Source: Botryllus schlosseri
Lineage: Eukaryota
Direction of reading: 5' to 3'
Assembly (NCBI GenBank): GCA_051294905.1
Contig: CM119378.1
Coordinates: 5,022,001-5,086,000, forward strand
DNA length: 64,000 nucleotides
A program made the translations under genes and the position numbers. Below the pieces are notes generated by a model. That model saw only the letters and a list, made by a program, of their open reading frames with translations, made no database searches and had not been told where the DNA came from. This document shows, piece by piece, positions 12,201-27,200 of the stretch; within the stretch, counting starts at the first letter, position 1; each line of letters starts with the position of its first letter.

Positions 12201-15200
12201 GAAGTTAGTCGTCCACCGTCTGTACTGAAAAATGAGTGCACTGCATATGAAAAATTGGGCAAAAGTAAATGTATCTTGAGAGAATGAGATGTTTTTTTGT
12301 AGGGAAATAGCACAATAATATAGAAATTGAATAATCACTTTGACCGGACAACAGCAAAATCATGTAGATGGGTTACAGGCTTGAAGAAACATAATAATTC
12401 AAGATAGATATAAAAATGAATTATTGAAGATCGAACGCCAGATAATATATTTCATGTTAAGAACTGCCAATGACACTGCACAGAGACAAATGAGATCACA
12501 ATTTTCAGTATAAACGTGTCAAAAAATTATCTCTAATTCATGAAGTTTGTAAAAAAAGTTGCAACCCTGATCACACATCAATTATTATGATTGTGTTGGT
12601 TCATCACACAACTATGCTTGGCACAATTTCTTTTGCAATAAATGAATCTTTGGATATTAAAACACCGAATCCACTTACCCGCAAAAAGCATTAGCTTCTT
12701 GCCACATGTACTTGGTTGTGAATGTTCTGTAACAGCTGGTACTACCCTTGGTCCAGCCACTCTCACAGCTTTGCACCCCCATATCTTGTAGAAAGTAGGA
12801 ACATTGAGTGGAAGTAAAGAAATTTGTATGTCCTTGTATATATGAAATCACCGCTATGAAATTTGAGTATAATCAGATAATTCTAACATCACAAACGTAA
12901 ACTATTGGTCCCAGCATGTAACACTGAGTGACAAGGAGTCAATTTCGTGTAGGCCGATAGTAAGCACAGCAGTGACAGCACCCCCTTCAAATTGTACCAG
13001 TCAGAATCCCAAGTGAAAATTGATACATCTATTATTATTATCACTGTGAGTTTTATTATTCTGTCATTAAGTAGCCAGTTACCTAACGAGCCTCTGCAGA
13101 CGAAATTATCAATTTTGTCACAGCTTGCATCATTCCACCTTCCTCTGTAAAGTGGGAGCTCCACCCACATGTTCGACGCAATCCTCTCCACCCGTATTAC
13201 TTGGCTCACTTGTTTCCAGAATCTATTAAAAAACATTAATTCAACAGGTGATACCGATGAACCGAGCATCACAGTGAGTCAAGGTTAAATCAGGAAATTA
13301 ATAGTTTGTAAGCTTGCATTGATATCAGGGATATCTAGGTTTCCGTGATTGATATATAATGTCACAAATTGTAACGCATCAAGATGAGAGAACAAAAATT
13401 GCAAATTTTCTTGGGCTTTGACATCATATGTGTACGTGGGGTGACCTCAATACCCCATGAAGTCTTCGCATGAAAATGAATTTGTTATCTCGCAATGAGC
13501 TTTGAAATACTAGCGCCATGATGAAAATGAGTTTGACATCATGGCATCGTGCATCCTTCTTAATTCAGTGGTACCGGCATAGGCGCCGACTTACGCGGTT
13601 ACGAGGTGGCGGCCACCTCGTACAAAATGCTCAAACGCCCAAGTGATTGTGACCAGTAATTGGTAATCAGGCGAATCGGATGCAACCTCGTTAGAGACGT
13701 CTTCGATTTCGATACGCGCGTGTGGCAGGCGCGTAGCCACGGGGGTTTCGGGGGTCGAACGCGAAACCCCGTCATTTTGAAATGATAATTCTAACTCTAA
13801 TATTCAGTTGCAATTCAATCATTGTGTTATCAGTGTTCCGCGCGGCCGAATTGAGAGAAACGTGTTGTCAATTCGCGAGAAGAGTCTACAACAGTGGTTC
13901 TTAACCTTGCCACCAGCGCCCCCCAGGGGGCGCTGGCGATCTTGAAGGGGGGCGGAAACGCTCAGGGGGCGATATGGGGGGCGCTGGGCTCAGGGGGGCG
14001 GTATGGGGGGCGCTGGAGAAAAATGGCTTCGCAGTAGATGATGTGGTGATAGGACATATCCTTAATGAGTATTCAGAGCAAATTAACACCGAAAACGTCG
14101 TTACATATAGCCTTCAAAATACATATAGGTTTGATTGTCCATGGGCGCTAAATGACTGACACCGAATGTTCCTGTCTTGGCAATCAGAACCCCAGAAGAC
14201 GAATTCCATCTGGCAGGGAAAAATTATATGTCAGTAAAGAAATATCAATCTGAAATCGTGTGCGTCTTTTAGTTTAGTACGATTGGGCGACAGGGATATT
14301 CCTGTTGGGCGATATCCCCGTTGAGCGATTCTATATATTTTGATATTGCAGACAGGGGGTCACGAAATAACATCATGCAACGAAGTCATACCAACGGCTT
14401 CGCCCGCCCGAATATGTTTAATTATTAGTAACGGGCCCTACAGTTTCCAAGAAACCTCACAATGTTCGCTTTAAGTTTTGATGAGTCTGCGCACACTCAA
14501 CAACTCACTGCGCTGACCCTTGGACAACAGTGCGTAACGACTGCAAAAAGATAATAACTCCGGATTTGTTGTGCGCAACGTAGATTTTCCGTATGCACAT
14601 ACCGTGTCAGCACTGCGCACGTGCGCAGCTCAGAGAGAACATTGCACCTCACTCAGCTCTACCGATAAATGTGTTTACGTGAGCAGAGAGAGGATAAAAA
14701 TTGATCTCAATTTACATGCAATTCCCGATGATATTGACCAATTCAATCATTAATTAGTGAAATTTTTCGCACTTTGCGCGAATAGGCGAGAATAGCTTCC
14801 TCAGTAAATGGACACCCAATGTAGATACCTAATAGGCTATCAGCAAATAGCGGACAGCCTAATGGGGGTCTGGGAGTGAAGTCCCCCGGAAGTTTGGTTT
14901 ATCACCCGATGGGGGCCCAGGACCAACGTTTTTAGTTTGGGGGGGGCTGACGAAGTGCTGTTACGGCCCTGGTAACGAATAATTGTACCTGCGGGCACGC
15001 CCGAATATGTTTAATTATTAATTACGTGCCCTTTATTTTCCTATACAACAGCTCACTCAGTGCTACTGGTAAATCTGATTACGTGGACTGAGAGGATAAA
15101 AAGTTTATATAGCGACTTATATATGTAATTACCAGTGTTGGGATGACTCGAGTCATGACTTGACTCGAGTCAGACTCGAGTCACCTTTTTCGTATGACTT

Positions 15201-18200
15201 GACTTGACTCGAGTCACTTTGCTAAAATGACTTGACTTGACTTGACTCGGCGTATCAGAAATGTGGATTGACTCGTGACTCGGAGCAAAATTCACGAGTC
15301 AATTTCAAGTCATCAAGTAAAGATGACTTTATCTTGCATATGTTCGGATTGTTTGCTAAACACTTGTGTAACCCATGAGAGCGACCGCTCATTCAATGAT
15401 CGTGCGTTTTACTGAGCCTCAAATATTCTCTCACAAATATATTGACCACAAACGAAGTGATCGAAGCTACAGCTTACTGTATTGCATCTTATCAATTCAT
15501 TTCTCGATTCTCTATCTCGGCTAGTAACTATAAAACGAGGTCATGCAATTACTTACGTAGTTTAACAGTTCTACGTATATGCGAGCGATACAGCCCCTTA
15601 TTGCATGTATATTTAACTCTATATTCGTTCATCGGTTCAAATTCAATGATCAATCAATCTGTTATTCAGACACCTAGCGAAATGCAATGACGTAATCATG
15701 CTTCATACTTCGAAAAGGCAACTTGACTTGAATTATGACTTGACTCGTGACTTGACTTGACTTGACTCGACTTGAGCCGAGTCACCTCCAAAAATCGAGT
15801 GACTTGACTTGACTCGAGTCACCTTCGAAAATCGATTGACTTGACTTGACTCGAGTCAAAATGTGCAATGACTCGAAATGACTCGTGACTCGAAGGTAGT
15901 GACTTGATCCCAACACTGGTAATTACCACCTATTCATTCATGCATTATGGAAAATTTTGGTACTTAGGGCGACCAGTACACACAAACTTTGCTGACCATC
16001 AAAATCACGATATGGGGTTCGTGGGGGCGAAGCCCTCAGAAGTTCGGTTTATCACGCTATGTGTGCGCAAGGCAATCGTTTTTAGGGGGGTTAACGAAGT
16101 GCTGTTACGGCCCTCCCTCTTACTCATTGTCTTTATTACATTCCTTACAATATGAAGTTGGGGGGGGGCGCTAGAGCACGATAATTTTGAAAGGGGGCGC
16201 TGGAAGAAAAAAGGTTAAGAACCACTGGTCTACAATGATCTCCCGCTGAGATGGTCGCGAAATTAGGTCATTCATTCCCATGCGCGTGGCAATCGTCGCT
16301 AGCCTGATTTATCGCGTCTCGAACAAGCCTGGTTCCGCGGCTTGAACATGAACAATCGCATCTGCAATAAGCCCAGTTCATGCTATATCATCGCTTGCCT
16401 GCGCAATCGCATCTGCATTGGCGGATTCGGCCTGGTGTGCACGATATCATCGCTGGCCTACACAATAGCCTCTGCAGTAGGGCTGGTGCGAAAGATGTCA
16501 TTGCTGGCCAATCATCGCGTCTCGGGCCTAGCATAATTCGGCTCCATCTCCCACTGGTTTGGAGACAATGCGGCCGAGTTTACGCTTATTAGTGATTGTT
16601 TTATGTCATCGATTAAAAAGCAACATCGCGAAACTGAATAACATCGAATCGCTGCAAAAAGACTTTAACGTGCGTAATTGATTATTCCCGCTAATACCAG
16701 TGGCGGCTCGTCCTATAGGGCAACTGGGGCATTGCCCCACCTAAAATTCTGTTCAATAACAGTTCTTTACCATTTATAGACGCACAGCAATCTATATATA
16801 CCGAAATCACAGCAAAAATCGTATTCTTCTTGTCCTTTCCCTTGTAAATGCCCATATATATAGCGAAGTCTCTGCGAAAATCGAATTCTCTTCGTGTTTT
16901 CGCTTTGCAAATGCCTAGCCGGGGCATGCCCCGGTAGCGCTCATAACAAGCTTTCACTGTCTATTCTCTCAAAGCTGCGCACAATAAAGAAACAGTGATT
17001 TACTCTCTCCTATTCATAAAATGACCGAGCAACCGGGGCAACATAGCCTACTCGCCCTTAAGGTGTGATGTAACAATCGTATCTACATCTGAACTCGGTT
17101 ACCGTCATATGCGTTTAGTCGACCTTTGCTGGTATAGGTCGATTTTGATGGTGTTTCACACAATGATAATTCTTGAAACTTGGTATGTCATGTCGTGATG
17201 GTGGTATTTAACATTGTCCCAAGTTTCAGGGTTTCTACTTAAAGTTTAGGGTAGTAATTCCGTTTCCGAAGTTGAGTGTGTGCTGATTCGTCATGTATCG
17301 CAAACAGATTTTACTCAAAAGCCGGTATTGGTATCCATTGATTTTGACGATGTTCCATACCGAGATCGGTCATGACATTTGGTACGGTAAGTCTTAATGT
17401 TAGTATTCAACGCGGTACCAAGTTTTAAGTTTGTCACTGTACTGTGTTAGTGGTAATTTCGTTTCCTAAATCGAGTGAGAGCTGACTCGTCATTTATCGC
17501 AAACATATTTTACGCAAAGCCGGTATTGGTCTCCATTGATTTTAACGATGCTCCTTACCTAGATCCGTCATGAGCTTTTGCATGGTATGTCTTGATTTTA
17601 GTATCGAACGCTGTGCCAAGTCTCACGGTTGGCACTCAATGATTAGGGCAACAATTTCGTTATCAAGGTCGAGATGTTAAAGATGTGCGCTGATCTGATA
17701 CTTAGCCTACCTAACGCATTGCGGATTTCACGCAAAAGTCGGCGTATCTGTGTTAACGCTAACTGTGTTCCATACTGAGATAAGTGATGAGATGATGATA
17801 TCATGAAACAGTTTACTAGCATCCTCGGTTTGCATTCAAATATTTACTTTTATTTTATATTCTCCAATGTCAATTTTGACCGTGAAATTGTGGCCTTCAG
17901 GCCATTTGCTTACAATTACAACCCCTGTCAAGCGCGATAGCTGTTTCGTTTTCGATGGCGGCTAACAGCTGATCGCTTGATCAATGATCAGCCTATTCCT
18001 CAGTAAATTTTACGCAAAATTCGGTGTTGGTCTGTTTGTATTAATTTTGACAGTGTACCATACCGAAAACGGTCATGAGGCTACTTCTCGTTGATTTCAT
18101 GTAACAGTGTACCAAGTTTTCGGCTTTCATCCACGTATTTATTCGGTAATATATTTTCCAAAGGCGATTTTGCAGCAGACATATAGACCGTAAGCCGTAT

Positions 18201-21200
18201 GTGTCGTGTGACAGTCTCCAGCACCAAGGCCAAAACATCTCCTATGCTGTATCGGGACCGAATTTCCGAGGCTGCTATCCGTAGTTCTTCAGAATTATGT
18301 TTTGGATTCAATATGACATTGTCCAATCTATGAGATAACAATTGCGTATGTGTCCGAACTCGTTGACCTTTCCAGCTAGGCTTACGCTTGGGCTTACGCA
18401 ATCTCTCGAGTTATAGTCATTTCCATTTCTGCAGATAATTAGTCAAGTCAGGTATAGTGCGAACATGAGCCGTGTGAAATCTTTGTTCCGTACGCCGTTT
18501 ACGCAGTTACCACACTTCAAGTCACAGCTCACCGGCAGACCTCTCGCGGCACATACGTTAAATCACTGTTGTCGGGAAGTTCGTGTTACCGTAGTTCGTA
18601 CCACTAAGTTACTTGTTTACGTTGGAAAACTCCATTGTGACGTCATCTTGATAAAAAGTCGCTTGCAGCCCTTGCCCCACCACCCGATATTGTCACGAGC
18701 CGCCACTGGCTAATACTACAATGTAACGATCAGAAGATGTGTATCATGGCTTGAGTTATGGAAGACAACATAGGTTTGAAATCGGTGCCATCAAGTTCGG
18801 ACATTTTGATTTGCGAAAACTGTCGCCGAGACTGCGTAATACGCGCGCGTATTTAATTGTTCGCCAGGGATCAGGGACTCGTTAATTGACAGCCCTCCCG
18901 GACTCTTTGGCAAGCTTATCGTACGCCTAAAATCGTCAATACGAAAAGATTATATGATCGTCATTTACACATGTATTTGACCAGAATTGAATTGATGCTA
19001 TATTGGTAAATTTGAAAAAAAAATCTAAATCCCGCTATTTCGTTACACACGGCGCATTGCGCGTGAATAACATTAGTGCAACTCCAGATTCTGATTTTTG
19101 TTCGATGCATTCCATCAGACGGATTGGTTGCGTAGTTACTCTTTCGAATGATCGTACCGTCTTAAGATTCCATTTAATAACTCGACTGTATGGTTTGATA
19201 TTAGTGAGTGCAGGGCCTATATTAAAACGTCGTGCGAATGGTTTAACGCCAGCGGCATGTAGTAAAGTGCGTTTTAGTGCGACGATGATGTCATCGATAT
19301 GGAACAATTATGACGTCACAAGACTTCGCCACCTCGCAAAAAAAGATAAGTCGGCGCCTATGGGTCCGGTTATAGGGCTGGGCACAATGATTCGAGTACT
19401 CGAATCTGAATCGAGTATTAATTTCAATGATTCGAGTCGAGTAGTAAAAGACGATTTTTTCGAGTACTGACATTATACGCTCCTCGCAACTGAAAGTTAA
19501 TTTACTAACGAGAATTATAGTTTTGAAACTATTTTCCACTGAGGAAGCCTTGAAACCTTGATTAGCCGTGTCGCATCATACGAGACATAGTACAAAGCTA
19601 CGAACGTTACTGGATATAACGCACTTACGAAGTCCCACAACATTGTCACCAAGTGCAATGAAATCGGTATTATCGAAAAAATACCGAAGTATCTTTAATG
19701 TGACGGATAACAGGCATTATGTTATATGTGGTGGCATAAAAGGAACATATTTGAACTTTGATATAGTATATTCTGTTGTGACGTCATAATGTGTGATACT
19801 CGAATACTCGACTCGACTCGATGCGTAATACGTGATTCAGAATCGAATCACTCAGGTACTCGATTTTGCCCAGCCCTAGTCCGGTATATCATTAGTTCCA
19901 ACTGACATTAAGTGATCAGTATCTACCTACGACACAAACAGATTTAATGGATTAGTCCTATTGAGCAAGTGATCAGTGCATATTGATAGCATAGGTTGAC
20001 CAAACAATTTGAACATTAGCCATTTCAGACTGGACATTTAGGACATTAACATTGTGATGTGATTGCTGCTATTTCATTGCGGATTAGGATAGGACTTGTG
20101 ATGGATTTAGTGTTTGGTTGGGGCTTGGGTTAAGATCAGTGATACCTTTCTGCAATACGAGATCGGGGATTACACGCCTCCCCCGTGCTCGTGATGACAA
20201 GTCTGTACGTTGTTGTTGTTTGTGGTATTCATGGTTTGTCGACCACTATGGTCATTTGCACCAAGCCAATTCTCTTCATTTTTATTTCTTAGCTGCCGAC
20301 TTGTAGCACGGCCCACTTCTAGACACCGCTTACATGGATGAGACGCGAGAAGGAGCCTAGATAAACCTCCAGCTCTTAGGTAGGAATTCTAGAGTCGACC
20401 TCGGTTGGACTCGAACCCGTAACCCATCGGTGTTGCAGCTACGGATTATAAACTATTAGTACGCTATCTCGCTAGTCGTCACTCACGTCTGTACGTGGCG
20501 AGTGTCCGAATTAATCGTGATTACATTTATTTCGTTTGGTGGAACTTGAGCTTTGAACACATAGGGGGACAACATAGCTGTAGATAACTAAGGTTTACCT
20601 TAGTTACCTATAATATAACGATTGCGATGGGAATGCCCTACGACATGAGATAAGAAATTTCTTTTTGAATGTGACGTCATTTATGTGGTACGTCACAAGT
20701 GATCCAAGATTCACATTCTAGCCTCAAACCAACAGCAACATGTTGTACAAGCGGATGACTGACGGCAGATTCAAATGTTGGATAAAGAATTACTAAATAA
20801 CGATTAGTGCGCGTTTTAAGTAGGGCCATAGGAGAATATGATAAAGCGAAAATGAAATTCATCCATAACGTTACTCTTTTAGTTGATCACTGGCATACCT
20901 ACAATCCACCAAATACGGATATTACGAGCGTCCGTTGGTAGTAACGGCAAGAACAGCTCAGTCATGATTTAAATCAGCAGTCCTTCATTTTTATTGATTT
21001 GATGTGGCAGTCGACATGTTTTATTTAGCGAGCATAGAATTTTAAATCTTTGTACGCATGTACGACGTACGTACGTACGTATAATGTACAGTACATACTC
21101 CCCCGATTAAAGCTGCTTTCATACCGCATTTAACTAAGCATAACCAAACACCATGGTGGTGATTGTCATCCTCTGCGAAGTAGTGGTGTGTGTTGTGCTG

Positions 21201-24200
21201 ATACACGGCATGGCGGCACCTATATACCAGGGTTGTAATGACTCGAGTCATGACTCGACTCGAGTCAGACTCGAGTCACGATTTTATGATGACTCGACTT
21301 GACTCGAGTTATTTTCTCAAAATAAGGAAATGACTCGACTCGACTCGAGTCAATCTGTGTATTGACTCGACTTGGACTCGAGTCATTGCGCATGACTCGA
21401 ACCAAGTTATATGACTCGAGACACAGAAGGCCAATACCGATATTTTATCGTAATTTCGAAGATTAGTAATATTAACCACCCCATTGAGATTTCGTTTATT
21501 GGTACTAGTACGTGAAAATGCGATCAGAACTTGCTAAAAGTGAGGAAAATTACTATATTATGAATGCGAACCATTCAAATCACCAAACAGAGTTATAAAA
21601 AGTGAGTTTAACAAAATATTAGCTGGAAACTGGGCAGTCAACATATTGACATGGAGTCGGACTCGAGTCATAATAGCATGATTCGGACTCGACCCTCTGA
21701 TCGATGACTTGGACTCGGACTTGACTCGGTGGTGAGTTGAAAATGACTCGACTTGACTCGAGTCAAAATTATAAAAGTGAAATTGACTTGTGACTCGGAG
21801 CCTTGTGACTTGGTTACAACCCTGCTATATACTCCTACACTACATCGGTATCTCTTCTTACCGCGTGTGCATAATTCGTTGCGCAATGATGAGCACAGCA
21901 CATGTGATTAATAGGCAGTGGAGTTCAAAAATCTGACATTTTACGACCTAACTTTATATAACGTATACTATATTCCTTGTTCACTAATGTTCATGTTCAG
22001 TTCATCACATAGACCCCGTTAAAGTAAGGAGTAGCGTTGGGACCCCGGGATCCCGGGATTTGAAGCAATCCCGATCCCGGGATTTGAAGCAATCCCGATC
22101 TCGGGATTAGCCCCAATTAAATCCCGGGATTTGTGAACAGCATCTACCAGGGCTTACGTAGCGTCATGTGTCATTTTTTGGTAATAAAGCAGTGTCAAAA
22201 CTAGACAGGTTGTCTAAAACATTGTTTCTTAACCTTACGTCCCTGCAGCGCCCCTTTTCGAAAATGGCCTACGTCTGACGCCCCCGCCCATATTTCAAGG
22301 ATATTTCGCCAACAAATTACGAAACCGTCTAAGCGATGATACTCTTTATCAGTGATTCCTAGCCAATATGAATGTCGGAGCCACATTTCAAACTTCATAG
22401 TATACGCAGGGAGCCGCATTAAAACACCCTATTAGACTATATACTGATTCTAAAGGTATCTGATAACCTACCTCTGAATCTCAGCATCTAGCAAACTCAA
22501 AAGCATGCACATGCACACAGACTTTTAAAGATTGTATATCTGTTATTCTAGCATTGGTAGACGCAGATTGGCAAGTGCTATACATTGAAATAAATTGAAA
22601 ATGCATATCATTACTCAACATACTATTTTGTCGTTATGTGATAACTCTTCATACATTCCAGCACATGATACACAAGTTTGCAGAGGATTATTCTATGAAA
22701 AATATTGGACTTATTGCAATTTTTACTTGACTATGAGCCGTTATTTTAATGTTAGTGAAATTGTGTCGGAACTTACTCTTCAAAAAGACGATATATAAAG
22801 GTCTACGACAGGGTACGTTGTAACCAAGTCACAACACTGTAAAAAATAACCGTGGGTTTTGGGGTGGAATAGGAGTGGATAGGAATAATCCACCGTAATG
22901 CTGGAGTGTACCTTTTTGTTCCACCCCGTTTTAGAGTGGAATAGGCGTGGATTGTTGCTCCTACCCCTGCATTACGGTGGATGACATCCTGCCACCCTGG
23001 ATTAAGCATGGTACGGCGACCCCACCGCTGATCAATTGAGGAAACCAATATGTTTCCGCTACGATCATTCCAATCACCTGTGCTGTATAGTGTATATGTA
23101 CGCGCGAGATGCTTGCACGGACTGACAGACATATCATTTATCGATACAGAGAGAGCGGGAGTGATAGAATATTCATCGGTCAGCCGTGCAAATCAGCACC
23201 ATTAAAGAGGAATTGAATGAGTTAAAGGAATATATAATAGTTTGTTCATTTCAAAATTAAGCAGTGAGCTTATATCAGGAAATCGCAACATCGTTTTTGT
23301 TTTAAACTCACAATAACTCACAAACTTATACAATGAAATTCAGGCGATATACCGATCTACCGTATAAAGTTTGATCTAAAATTCTAATATGGTTGTGCGC
23401 GGTATCGAGATAATATTATTCCATGTTACCGTATGCAACGCCTTAGGTATTTGCGCGGCGATCCCACGAAATCAGCTGTGTTTTCGCGGGAACCAAATTT
23501 AGGCGGCAAAGCCCTTTCAACCACCGAGTTTTATAAACACAGATGAGCTAATGGTTCGACTTACATCTTACCATCATATTCGATCAATTTCTAGTCTGAA
23601 CTCAATAATGATAGGTATAATATGCATTTAGTGAATGTAGGAAGCGGCACGCACACAAAGCGAAGATACTAATATCTGATGCTGACTGATCAACCGGGTC
23701 GGTTACGCTTTAGTGACTCAGCAATCGAGGTTAGAAAGCGAGAAGCGGAATGCGTAAGCTGAAGATCGAAGGGGAAAGATCGCGAATATGTCTTTCAGTT
23801 TTACTATGAGGCGAATTTCTTATCCTCACTGCACAGGGCAATAGCTGTACGCTTTAGAATATGAGTCCGGTTCATCCTGTTAAGGGATGCGTTATGAACG
23901 CATTCTATTCTCGCTGGCCTATACGGGTTACGCGTTACGGTATGTGCTCTATTGTTTCTGACAGTCGGACGCCATATTGGATATTACGTTACGTGAAGAA
24001 AGGGAAGGTGAGACGACAATGCACTCATAATTGTATTTTGCATGCTTCTAATCTGCCTTTTCAAATTTGCACTGGAGTTGAAGTCATTGAGTCAGATTTG
24101 TTCGGTTGTAATTATATAGTTGATAACAACTTCTTGTTATTAACAAGAAGTTACTGCAATTCAATGTCCTTTTCTAGTATGAAACCATGCTGGTATATCC

Positions 24201-27200
24201 AGTATGGAATTGGTGTCCGCAGCACACTTGATTGGTCGTCTGGCGCGCTGAATATCACTATCATGAAAATTCGACTGGTTTACCAAGTCACCGTAAAAGC
24301 TAAAAATTATATCTGCTCGAGCCATAGCAGTCACCACAGACGTTGTTAATGTAAATTTCGTCATTTCTGCATGAGAGTGTGAGCATCGTGCTATTATATT
24401 TCATGTGTATGAATGCGAGTGCGCGCGATAAAATTATAAAACATAAATTGAAATTATATGTATTGAAACTATTTAAGCAATAAATAAGATTTCATTCGCA
24501 TCAGCTATTCCATACAGAAAGCCACTGTAAAGAAATTGTAGCTAAAAGATAAATTATCTCCATTTCACACTAGCTGCCTAAATAAATGTATATATTTTAT
24601 CGAGGTTGCTTTGTTTTTGTTGCTTCACCTGTTGCAAAAATGTTTGAGTTTCGGTTCCACACATTCAATCTCCTAATGAAATTGTAATTCTGGTTCAGTG
24701 CATATTTCAAAATTTGACTGCTTTTCTTTGTAGAAAGCTGTTTCGACTTACGTACCTGAAGACGAAATAAGCGAGATCAACGCGGTTCTAAATATCCTGA
24801 TCCTCCTACCATGGTTGATAGAATGAAGCGGGCATTGATATCCCGGGGAGACAAAATGCTGAAATCTTATGGGTATGTTCTTCTCTTTCTGCTATCTACG
24901 TAGGCCTATTTGTTCCAATGAAGCTGTTGATTTTGGCAGAAGCCGTAATTTCTTCAAATATTTGTACCAAGTAGTTAATCTCTATCTATTAATTGCCTCT
25001 CATGATATATAGTATTCATTAGTCGTGCTAAAATGCATGGCAATCGAAATCGTGCCTCGATGCCTCGATACGTGCACCGTTTTTTATCTAAAGAAATACG
25101 TGCATATGAAACGAGACAACGATGCACTCTTCGATATGCTGTGTCTTGTAATGAGTTAATGTTCATCTGCATGTATTAAGTGACAAACTTTGACTCAATA
25201 AGATATTTTGGGATTGTGTTACAGCATCTCCAAATCTAGACCGGATTGTTTCTATACCTACCATTTTGCATGGAAGATAATATGTTGATCAGGTAAGTCA
25301 AATAATCTTTGTTTTTATTTTGAAAGGTTTACATTTGATTCTGATGGAATATAATTCAGAGAAGTGTTTCACAACTTTTTTACCTCGCGGAGCGGTAAAA
25401 CATTGAAACAAATTTGCATGGGAATGAATTGACATTTTATTGCCGCAACCGCAACCAATGGAATAAGTTCAATGTTGATGACTAAAATAGGTCTCCACGT
25501 TCACCTGGCTGCCAAATCCGCATATATGTATTTTGGCTGGAAATTGGGGCTATTCCTTTACTTTCGTCGTTTGGCAGGTCTACTTATGGTTAGCGATACG
25601 ACAACTTTTTTCGTCAATACTATATTCAAATTGTGTCTGAAAAAAGCAATGCCTGGTCCAAGCCTGATCATACCCTATATTTCATAAGCTGAATACTATA
25701 TAGCAGTGGTCGGGAAGCTATGGACTCTTTTGGGTATAAGATATGGCTATTAGCCAAATATTTATTTTTGTATTGAATTGTCTGAACTGTCACGCCGGTG
25801 GCCAATATCACTCGCGAATTCTATGTACCCGACTCGAAATCTTGAATTGCGCGATACGTTAATTTATGAAAGAGCATAGCAGACACGGCGCCGCCCATTT
25901 CAAAACGCACTTTTCAAATACGCATTGTCTTCCTGATCTACGTCACGAAATGAACTGTTGAGAATGTGACAATTAAAAATTCGAATTACAAACAACGCCA
26001 TGTAGATGTAGCTATCCACGTTCTTGATCGGTAAGTACAGCTCTGTCTAGTCGCGGCGATAAAATGTAACGTGTAACGCAACGTTATGTTGACGTCGAAT
26101 ACTTTGAGAAGTCGAGAAGTATATAGATTTTCGTATTCAGTGTGACAGTCACATTCGATTAATATCAGCTGTAAAAAATTCTAAACTACATATGAATTGC
26201 GTTATTTAGGGTGAGGCTCTATACCTCTCATTTCGACCTTCATTTCCGAACAATAAATACCAGATTTTACTGAGAAAATATGGCGCACACGAGGAATCCC
26301 ATGCAGTGAGCTCGAATTAGTGCTAACATGACGTCATGAATTTTCAATTGTGACGTAACCGCTGATTGACATGTATAGCCCTTTGGGAGTTGGGATGGAA
26401 AAAAATAAGGCCAATATGACTCTTCGGACAAAAAAGGTTCCCGACCCCTGCTAGGCTAGGCTAGTCTAGTCGATATGTATGTTTGCGTGTATTTTGACCC
26501 TTATTCTTTTTTGTTATATCAACAGACACCCAAGTATGGATACCCTGTCATCTGCTTCAATATGGCGAATGAAGAGTGGGCAGTCAGTTTTGAAGCGGAA
26601 CGCGTGACACAAATACATACCATTCATGAGGTATTGGCAGTGATGATATCAATTCATTGAGTATTCAACATGCTATTTTTTACCCATGATTATAAAATCT
26701 CCTACTTTTAGGTCAATTAATTTTCATAAGCCGTGATTTGCTCTGTATTGATTAGTCATCAAAATCAGATATGACACCCATTTGAAACCTCCTTAGCAAA
26801 CAAAGCACTTGCTCTATAGCAGGGGTGGCCAACCTTTTCAGCCAAATGGCCACATGAAATTGACGAACCGTTGCGCGGGCCACTTGAATGCAGATGTCAT
26901 TTTTTCATCGTCCGATAGGAGCAAGCCAGATGTGGTAACGGTAATAATTGAACTTATTATCCAAATCGATAACAATTTGCCATGTGCTAGCTATTGACGT
27001 AGCCAGGAACGAGACACGTTTTAGTAGATCTTAATTCTTAGTATACGTCCATAAAGTAGAATATTTCGCAGCGGATTTATTTGACTTGGAATTTTTCTTA
27101 GCCCTTTGCGCGATTTATGGTCACTTGATTTCTTGCCCCTAATTTACAGAAACGAGCTCAACTATAGTGACACGCACAATGGTTTGTTGGATTATTGTGG

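Larger units (their letters stand above)
13578..19362. mobile_element. About 5.8-kb composite element with 16-bp TIR CATAGGCGCCGACTTA (hAT/Tip100-like, tentative)
   Basis: Perfect 16-bp inverted termini at 13578-13593 and 19347-19362. Flanks GGTACCGG versus GGT-CCGG (one indel). Confidence 0.6.

Noticed and set aside
23861-24364. 162-aa ORF as the EnSpm transposase
   Set aside because: No recognisable transposase motif, splice context or protein-like composition.
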